From Syntrophothermus sp. (GTDB lineage Bacteria > Bacillota > UBA5301 > JAMCQP01): DNA of 46,030 nucleotides. The position numbers and the translations under genes are program-made. This document shows, one piece after another, positions 16,709 to 23,079 of this stretch. How positions within the stretch are numbered: the first letter of the stretch is position 1; each line of letters begins with the position of its first letter. The notes beneath the pieces are model-generated. The model made no database searches. It saw only the letters and a list, made by a program, of their open reading frames with translations, and had not been told where the DNA came from. The stretch covers positions 1 through 46,030 of the forward strand of contig JBLNCV010000193.1 of NCBI GenBank assembly GCA_050260975.1, in the 5' to 3' direction.

Positions 16709-18121
16709 CTAGAATTTCAGGACCCGGTCCAGACGGCTGATGGTCTGCCTCTTTACGAACTCGCCGTAGCCAGGCCGGCCCACAATACCCTTGCCGTCTT
16801 CATAAACCACCTTGCCCCGGACAATGGTCTTCACCGGTTTGCCCCGCAATTTCATGCCGTGCAGCGGGGTGTACTTGGCCATGGTGTACATCTTGTCCTT
16901 GTCGATGGTCCACTCGTAATTGAGGTCGATAACGGTGAGATCCGCGTCGGAACCGATCTCCATGCCTCCCTTCTTCGGATAAAGCCCGTAATGGATAGCC
17001 GGGTTTTTGGAGAGCACCTCCACCAGCCGCGACAGGGAGATGCGGCCCTTGTTGTACCCCTCGCTGACAATTACCGGTACCATGGTCTCCGTGCCCGGAA
17101 TCCCGGGGAAACTGTTCCAGATGTGCATGCCAGGTGCGGTCTTTTCGGTGGGAATCTCATACGGCGCGTGATCCGTGGCCACGAAATCGATTCGCCCATC
17201 GGCCAGCGCCTTCCAGTGCTCGACGTTGTCCTCTTTGCCCCGAAGCGGCGGCGCGATCTTGGCGAAGGACCCGAAACGGGTCATGGCGTCCTGGGCGTTA
17301 ATAGTCAGATAATGCGGGCAGGTCTCGGCGGTCACCGGCAAGCCGCGCTTCTTGGCCTCGCCGATCAGGATCGCCCCCTCCTTGGTGCTCATATGCACCA
17401 CATGCATCCGTACCCCGGTGTACTCGGCGAAGCTGATCACCATTTCGATGGCGACCTTTTCGGCAAGGCTCAACCGGGCCTCGGCCCAGGCCGGGCCGTC
17501 CATCCGCCCATCGGCCTGCAACTTCTGGACATAAAAATCGCAGAGGTTGTAGTTCTCCGCGTGAACACCCACCGGCAGGCCGGTCTTGGCTACCTCCTTG
17601 AAGATCTCCAGCATCTCGGCGTCGGAGACCCTGGGGTAGGTGGGTACAGACGGCGTCATGTAGACCTTGAAGGCCACCACTCCCGCGTCAGCCTGCTTCT
17701 GCACATGCTCCAGAGCGTGATTGCGGACATCCTCGCCGGTCACGCCGCCCCACATGGCGTAATCTACGACGGCCTTGTTCTTTACGGCCTCCAGCTTGTT
17801 TTCCAACTGGGCAACCGTCCGCACCGAAGGATTGCTGGTGCAGGGCATGTCGATCACCGTGGTCACGCCGCCGCTGGCCGCCGCGCTGGTGCCGGTCTCA
17901 AAATTTTCCCGGTGGGTGAAACCCGGATCGTTGATATGGGTGTGTGAGTCGATGCAACCCGGGATGACCAGGTTGCCGCCGGCATCGATGACTTCTCTTG
18001 AATCCACATCCGCCGTGGGTGAAAAGCCGGCGATCTTTCCGTCCCGGATCAGGATATTGGTCTCCACCATCCTGTCGCCCTGCGGGATCTGAGCGTTCTT
18101 TACCAGCACATCAACCTTCAT
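16709..18121 (-). CDS. Cyclic amidohydrolase (dihydropyrimidinase / allantoinase / hydantoinase type)
   Basis: 470 aa ORF. GCIDSHTHIN (HxH), AFKVYM (lysine to be carbamylated), GVHAEN, HVVHMST and ATDHAP are the binuclear-metal amidohydrolase motifs of this subfamily. Confidence 0.85.
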   Translation of the reverse strand: MKVDVLVKNAQIPQGDRMVETNILIRDGKIAGFSPTADVDSREVIDAGGNLVIPGCIDSHTHINDPGFTHRENFETGTSAAASGGVTTVIDMPCTSNPSVRTVAQLENKLEAVKNKAVVDYAMWGGVTGEDVRNHALEHVQKQADAGVVAFKVYMTPSVPTYPRVSDAEMLEIFKEVAKTGLPVGVHAENYNLCDFYVQKLQADGRMDGPAWAEARLSLAEKVAIEMVISFAEYTGVRMHVVHMSTKEGAILIGEAKKRGLPVTAETCPHYLTINAQDAMTRFGSFAKIAPPLRGKEDNVEHWKALADGRIDFVATDHAPYEIPTEKTAPGMHIWNSFPGIPGTETMVPVIVSEGYNKGRISLSRLVEVLSKNPAIHYGLYPKKGGMEIGSDADLTVIDLNYEWTIDKDKMYTMAKYTPLHGMKLRGKPVKTIVRGKVVYEDGKGIVGRPGYGEFVKRQTISRLDRVLKF

Positions 18122-18193
18122 TGTTCCTTCCTCCCTTGTCCAGGTATTTTTATTTACGGCTTACGCTGCCAACCGTAAAAGTATGCCGTTTTA

Positions 18194-19096
18194 TCACAGC
18201 CCGTACAGGTGATTCTCGAGAATCTGGTTCCGGTCAAACCCCTCAAGTTGCAGGAAGTATTCCAGCGAATTAACCAGCGATTCCATGGGCACCACGCCCA
18301 CCAGTTGGGTGCCCACCACTGGCACGCCGTAGCGGGCCGCCTCCATCTTGATGACCTCAAAAGTACGGTAGAGCGGCGTAGCCACGTAATCAAACATGTT
18401 CATGGAGACCACCACCTGCTTGCGTTCCTCAAAACGCAGGCCCACCGAGCGCACGGTGGTAAAGCCGCCGCTGGGCCCGCGCACAATCCTGGCGATGGAT
18501 TTGGCAATCTCCAGGTTATCCGTACCCAAAATGACGTTGAAAGCCACCAGCGGGTTGGTGCCGGCGCTGACGATCACCGCCCCGGCGGTAGGATGCAAAG
18601 CGGCCGGCCCGATGTCCGGCGCCCGCTCCGGCGTGTGCGCCACCTTTTTGAGCCCCTCGTACTGACCCTGGCGTATGTAATCCAGAACCTTGCGCTCCGG
18701 GGTGCGGGCATTCTCGCCGGTAAAGTAGACGGGCACCTTAAACCTTTTATAGACTTCCTGGCCGATCTCTTCCGCCAGGTTCACACACTCCCCTAGCGTG
18801 ATGTTTTTGAGAGGAAAGATGGGAATGGTATCCTGGGCGCCGATACGCGGATGGGAGCCGGTTTGTTCCTCCATATTGATAAGTTCGATGGATTTGCCCG
18901 CCATGTTCAGAAGAGCTTCTTTCAGCGGCTGCGGCTGGCCGATGAGCGTCACCACCGTCCGGTTGAAGTCGGGGTCGGGGGCGTAGTCCAGGAGTTTCAC
19001 TCCGGGAATGTTGCGCGCCTGATCCACCACGGCTTCGATTACCTCTTTGCGGCGGCCGTCGCTGAAGTTCGGCACCGCCTGAATGTACTTCTGCAT
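18194..19096 (-). CDS. Formiminotransferase (FtcD N-terminal domain type, stand-alone)
   Basis: 300 aa ORF. MQKYIQAVPNFSDGRRKEVIEAVV...DPDFNRTVVTLIG matches the glutamate formimidoyltransferase domain. There is no cyclodeaminase domain. SD AGGGAGGGA lies upstream. Confidence 0.85.
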   Translation of the reverse strand: MQKYIQAVPNFSDGRRKEVIEAVVDQARNIPGVKLLDYAPDPDFNRTVVTLIGQPQPLKEALLNMAGKSIELINMEEQTGSHPRIGAQDTIPIFPLKNITLGECVNLAEEIGQEVYKRFKVPVYFTGENARTPERKVLDYIRQGQYEGLKKVAHTPERAPDIGPAALHPTAGAVIVSAGTNPLVAFNVILGTDNLEIAKSIARIVRGPSGGFTTVRSVGLRFEERKQVVVSMNMFDYVATPLYRTFEVIKMEAARYGVPVVGTQLVGVVPMESLVNSLEYFLQLEGFDRNQILENHLYGL

Positions 19097-19113
19097 ACCA
19101 GTCCCTCCCTGTA

Positions 19114-19141
19114 AATGTATGAGGCGTGGAATGTATGAGGC
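19114..19141 (-). repeat. Direct repeat GCCUCAUACAUU x2 in the 5' leader, containing anti-SD-like CCUC
   Basis: The plus strand has aatgtatgaggc at 19114-19125 and again at 19130-19141, just upstream (in RNA sense) of the GGGAGGG SD of the formiminotransferase gene. Confidence 0.7.
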
Positions 19142-19162
19142 ATGCCAGGTCCCCAGAAATCA

Positions 19163-19205
19163 AGCCAAAATAAATGAGAGAGACGCAATCAGCATCCCTC
19201 TCATA
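19163..19205 (-). terminator. Intrinsic terminator forming the riboswitch expression platform
   Basis: The RNA AUGAGAGGGA-UGCUGAUUGCG-UCUCUCUCAU forms a 10 bp stem and is followed by UUAUUUUGG. Its 5' arm is the 3' strand of aptamer helix P1, so the two structures are mutually exclusive. Confidence 0.75.
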
Positions 19206-19267
19206 GCCAGGCGGTTTACGGCTGCCCGGTAGAAACTCTCGGCCCATATCGCCGAGGATATATGAGA
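19199..19267 (-). promoter_or_regulatory. Purine riboswitch aptamer, guanine/hypoxanthine/xanthine class (C at the specificity position)
   Basis: Minus-strand RNA: UCUCAUA UAUC CUCGGC-GAUAUGG-GCCGAG AGUUUCUAC CGGGCAG-CCGUAAA-CCGCCUG GC UAUGAGA. Compared with the B. subtilis xpt G-box, L2 AUAUGG, J2/3 GUUUCUAC, L3 CCGUAAA and the J3/1 C before UAUG are all conserved. P1 has 7 bp and P2 has 6 bp. Confidence 0.85.
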
Positions 19268-19727
19268 CCGGCAAAAACCGTTATGGATTTGAGAGTATCA
19301 TGCTCTCGCACCGTGACGACTTCCCGGACTTTAGTCCGAGGCTTCTCGGTTCATTTGCAGGCACCAGCGTACCCACATCCCCGAAGGCTCCGTCCGAGCC
19401 CTTGTTCTTTGCTGGCTTAGCTCATAAACTTCTCGGCTATATATTTTCGCGGGACCTGGCAAAACTCCTTCTTAAATAAACCAAATTTGCCAGAAAATCT
19501 GTTTATGTAGGATGACTTCTAGCCCCTTTGCCTTTGTATGAACAAGCGTTTTGTCAATTTACTTTTCCGATGACTTGTCCACCCTGCCTTTGTTCGCGGC
19601 GGCTCTCATTACCGGATAAATAAACTCTAAATGGGAAAATCTATCTCGATGGCGAAGAGAGGTCCAACCAACCACTCTACACTATATGCAGATCAAATAT
19701 ACAGGCCAAGGTAAAGGAGAATCGCCC

Positions 19728-21992
19728 TTGAAGTTCTGGCCCACCATCAAAAAACTTCTCACCTACCGGGAACCGCCGGCGCAGGAGAGCTTCAGCCTGG
19801 ACGGCCGGGTGGTTCCCGACGATCCCAACATGATGGTCACCGAAGGTGGCAACAAACCAGGCCAAAAGCAGGGTCAGGGCGCGCAGCAGCCGCCCGGCCA
19901 AAAGCAGGGGCAGCAGTCCGCCAATCAACAGCAAGGCCAACAGCGCAGAGAAAGCTGGTTCAGCAACATAGTGCAACCGAAGAAGCTTGAGGAACTGGCC
20001 AGCCAGATCGATCATCTCAAGCAGCCCGGCACACCCGCGCAAGCCCAAAAAGACCGCCCGGACGATAAAGCCGGCAAAGATGGGGCCAGCAAAAGGATCG
20101 TCACCTGGAGCAAACCTGGAAATAAAGCCCAGCAAGCCAGCCAAAAAAATGCCGGCCAAACTCAAAAAGGCCAACAACAAGATGGGCGGCAAGATAATCA
20201 ACAAGATCAACAGGGCGGGCAAGGTCAGTCTGCCCAGAACCAGGCCGGGCAACAGCCTGCCCCGCCAAATGAGAACAGACAGTCCCGGAACAAGGATAAT
20301 CAGGCTCGGGCAAACCAGGCTCAAGCTAGTCAGGCGGGCCAGACAAACCAGTCAGCCTACACCGCCCCGACCGAGGGCAGTAGACCACGGGCCAATGAAT
20401 TCTCCACCGATATTGAGCAAAATCTGGCCATCATCCAGCAGGCCTTCCTCTATGGGACAAACAAGGATATCATCGTCCGCAAGTTCGTCATCCCCCTGGA
20501 TCCGCCGGTGCGGGCTTTCATTGTCTTTCTTGAGGGAATGGCTGACAAAAAGGTAATCAACCGCGATGTCCTGGAACCCCTGATGCGCCCTTTGCAGATC
20601 AAGGATAAAGTCAGCGACGTTTTTACGATTGTCAAAGAGAGACTCCTGCCTGGAAATCAGGTTGAAGAAAAAAACAAGCTAAAAGACCTTTTAGACGGTA
20701 TCCTGGCCGGAGCCACCGCACTTTTTGTCGACGATTATCCAGCCGCTCTTCTCGCCGATACCAAGGGAATCCCCGCCAAGTCCATCGAACGCCCCCAGTC
20801 GGAGATAGTGGTCCGCGGCCCCCAGGAGGCCTTCACCGAATTGCTTCGCACCAACACCGCCCTGGTGCGCAAGCGGCTGCGGACCGAGCATCTGATCACC
20901 GAGATACTGAAAGTTGGCACCCTGAGTCATAGCGACGTAGCGATCATGTACATCAAGGGAGTGGTAAACCCCAAACTGGTAGCCGAGGTCAAACGGCGAA
21001 TCCAGGCCATTAAAGCCGACTACCTCTCTGCCAGCGGGATTATTGAACAGTTTATCGAGGATCGACCGTTTTTTCTCCTTCCCCAGGTTTTGTCCACCGA
21101 GCGGCCCGACCGGGTAGCCGCATTTCTGACTGAAGGGCACGTGGCCATCCTGGTGGAGAGCACCCCCTTTGCTCTAGTGGTACCCGTCAGCTTCTGGACC
21201 CTGCTTCACTCCTCGGAAGATATATATCTGCGCTGGCCTTTCGCAATCTTTCTCCGGACGATCCGGATCATGGCGATCATCCTCGCCGTATTCCTGCCAG
21301 CCCTCTACCTGGCCATGGTGAACTATCACTGGGAAATGATCCCCACCGACCTGCTCCTGGCTATCGCCGCCAGCCGGGAAAGGGTACCCTTCCCGGCGGT
21401 CGTGGAAGTATTCATAATGGAACTTTCCTTTGAGATCATCCGCGAGGCCGGCGTCCGGATTCCCAACGTGATCGGTCCCACCATCGGCATTGTGGGGGCG
21501 CTGATCCTGGGCCAGGCCGCCGTGGCCGCCTCCATCATCAGCCCGATCCTGATCATCATCGTAGCCATGACCGCCCTGGGTTCCTTTGTGGTGCCCAACC
21601 TGTCCCTCTCCTTTGCCGTGCGCTTGATTCGCTTCTATTACATCCTACTTGCCGCCTTTCTTGGGTTTTTTGGGATCGCCGTCGGACTCTTTATTCACCT
21701 CATCTCTATCACCAATCTGAAGTCCTTTGGAGTTCCTATCTTTGCACCGGTGGTTCCTCGCCAGCCCTCCGGCGGCGACATCATCCTGCGGTTCCCCATC
21801 TGGATGCAGCAACGCCGGCCTGAACACGTGGAACCGCTGGACGATTGGCGGCAGATAACCATCACCCGCCCCTGGGAGAACATCACGCCCGACGGAGTTC
21901 TGAAACCTGGCGAGGTCAACCAGCAGGAACATGCCGAGGAAAAAGCCCAGCACCACAAGCGGCCGGAAGGAGATGGCCAGAGTGCTCAATGA
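19728..21992 (+). CDS. Spore germination receptor A subunit (GerAA/GerKA family) with a long Gln/Gly/Asn-rich N-terminal region
   Basis: The C-terminal roughly 500 aa (FSTDIEQNLAIIQQAF...VRKFVIP...AFIVFLEGMADKKVI...PQSEIVVRGPQEAFTE..., then 5 TM segments) are typical of the GerA family. Start moved to TTG 19728 behind SD AAAGGAGA. The ORF track begins at 19686. Confidence 0.85.
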   Translation: MKFWPTIKKLLTYREPPAQESFSLDGRVVPDDPNMMVTEGGNKPGQKQGQGAQQPPGQKQGQQSANQQQGQQRRESWFSNIVQPKKLEELASQIDHLKQPGTPAQAQKDRPDDKAGKDGASKRIVTWSKPGNKAQQASQKNAGQTQKGQQQDGRQDNQQDQQGGQGQSAQNQAGQQPAPPNENRQSRNKDNQARANQAQASQAGQTNQSAYTAPTEGSRPRANEFSTDIEQNLAIIQQAFLYGTNKDIIVRKFVIPLDPPVRAFIVFLEGMADKKVINRDVLEPLMRPLQIKDKVSDVFTIVKERLLPGNQVEEKNKLKDLLDGILAGATALFVDDYPAALLADTKGIPAKSIERPQSEIVVRGPQEAFTELLRTNTALVRKRLRTEHLITEILKVGTLSHSDVAIMYIKGVVNPKLVAEVKRRIQAIKADYLSASGIIEQFIEDRPFFLLPQVLSTERPDRVAAFLTEGHVAILVESTPFALVVPVSFWTLLHSSEDIYLRWPFAIFLRTIRIMAIILAVFLPALYLAMVNYHWEMIPTDLLLAIAASRERVPFPAVVEVFIMELSFEIIREAGVRIPNVIGPTIGIVGALILGQAAVAASIISPILIIIVAMTALGSFVVPNLSLSFAVRLIRFYYILLAAFLGFFGIAVGLFIHLISITNLKSFGVPIFAPVVPRQPSGGDIILRFPIWMQQRRPEHVEPLDDWRQITITRPWENITPDGVLKPGEVNQQEHAEEKAQHHKRPEGDGQSAQ

Positions 21993-23079
21993 GGGACGTG
22001 TCGGAACCTCTGAAGTCTACGCCATGACCATTATCCTTATTTCCGGCAAGATTTTCCTGACCCTCCCCCAGAAGATGGCCCAGCTTGGCACCACCGCCGG
22101 CTGGATGATTGTCGCCACCGCAACGGTGATCGGGCTGGTGGGATTTGGGATTATCGCGGCTTTAATGCACCGGTTTCCGGATCACAGTATCGTGGAGATT
22201 AGTGAACAGGTGGCCGGGACCTTCTTTGGCTTGGCGGCTTCCCTGATGTTTTTTGCCTTTTTTCTGGCCCTCACGGTCATCGTCCTGCGGCAGTTCACGG
22301 AGACCGTGATCGCCACCGTCCTTCCCCGGACCCCGATTAGTATCATCACCACGATGTTCGTAATCGCGCTGGTCTTTGGTTGCTACCAGGGATTGGAAGC
22401 GATCTCCCGGCTTTCCTGGCTTTCTTTTCCCTTCCTTTTTCTGGGCGCTGTCACCATCCTCCTGATGAGCATGTCCTTTGCCAACTTCGATCACCTCTTT
22501 CCTTTCTGGGGGGTGGGGCTGTCAAGGATTCTTGCTCTGGGCGTAAAGCACTCGGCCATCATGTCGGAGATTCTGATTCTCCCCCTGATCTACCCGGCTC
22601 TTCGGGACCAGGACCGTTTCTCCCGCATCGGTTTGGCGAGTATCCTCGTTTCCGGGGTGTTGATGGCACTTTACAGCGCGCAGTTTCTGGCGGTCTTTTC
22701 GGTGGCCGAGGCCAGCCGCTCCGCCTTTCCCGCCTACCAACTCGCCCGATTGATCTGGATTGGCCGTTTCGTCCAGAGGGTCGAGTCCGTCTTCATCTTC
22801 ATGTGGGTGTTGACTGGTCTGCTGAATATGACCATCGCCCTGTACGGGGCCACGGTAACCCTCAGCAGGCTGCTTCATTTGCCGGCGTACCGCCCCCTGT
22901 TGCCGGCCATGGGGGTAATCGTTTATACTCTCAGCTTTGTACCGCCCAACTTCCCGACGATTGTCCGCCTGGATACCGAAGTCATCGGCGTCTACGGCTC
23001 CATCGTGTCTTTTGTGATCCCCTTGATTTTACTGATCATCGCCTGGTTCCGCGGGCAAAGGGGGCGGAAGAATGCCTAA
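21982..23079 (+). CDS. Spore germination receptor B subunit (GerAB, APC-type permease)
   Basis: Polytopic membrane ORF of about 365 aa at the position and size expected for GerAB. GTG 21982 lies 9 nt after GGAAGGAG. ATG 21973 is an alternative. It overlaps the gerAA stop. Confidence 0.8.
   Translation: MLNEGRVGTSEVYAMTIILISGKIFLTLPQKMAQLGTTAGWMIVATATVIGLVGFGIIAALMHRFPDHSIVEISEQVAGTFFGLAASLMFFAFFLALTVIVLRQFTETVIATVLPRTPISIITTMFVIALVFGCYQGLEAISRLSWLSFPFLFLGAVTILLMSMSFANFDHLFPFWGVGLSRILALGVKHSAIMSEILILPLIYPALRDQDRFSRIGLASILVSGVLMALYSAQFLAVFSVAEASRSAFPAYQLARLIWIGRFVQRVESVFIFMWVLTGLLNMTIALYGATVTLSRLLHLPAYRPLLPAMGVIVYTLSFVPPNFPTIVRLDTEVIGVYGSIVSFVIPLILLIIAWFRGQRGRKNA

Noticed and set aside
19300-19479. 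59-codon plus-strand ORF (MLSHRDDFPDFSPRLLGSF...) and several small GC hairpins in the 19270-19680 spacer; considered as a small gene or a second structured RNA.
   Set aside because: It has a weak SD (GAGAG only), an unremarkable composition and no motif I recognise. The hairpins did not match any riboswitch or ncRNA consensus I could recall. The region most likely holds the divergent promoters of the BMC operon and the gerA operon.
19677-20324. 215 aa Leu-rich 'membrane protein' ORF on the minus strand.
   Set aside because: It is the antisense reading of the CAG/CAA/GGC-rich low-complexity part of gerAA, where CTG/TTG/GCC codons generate artificial Leu/Ala runs.
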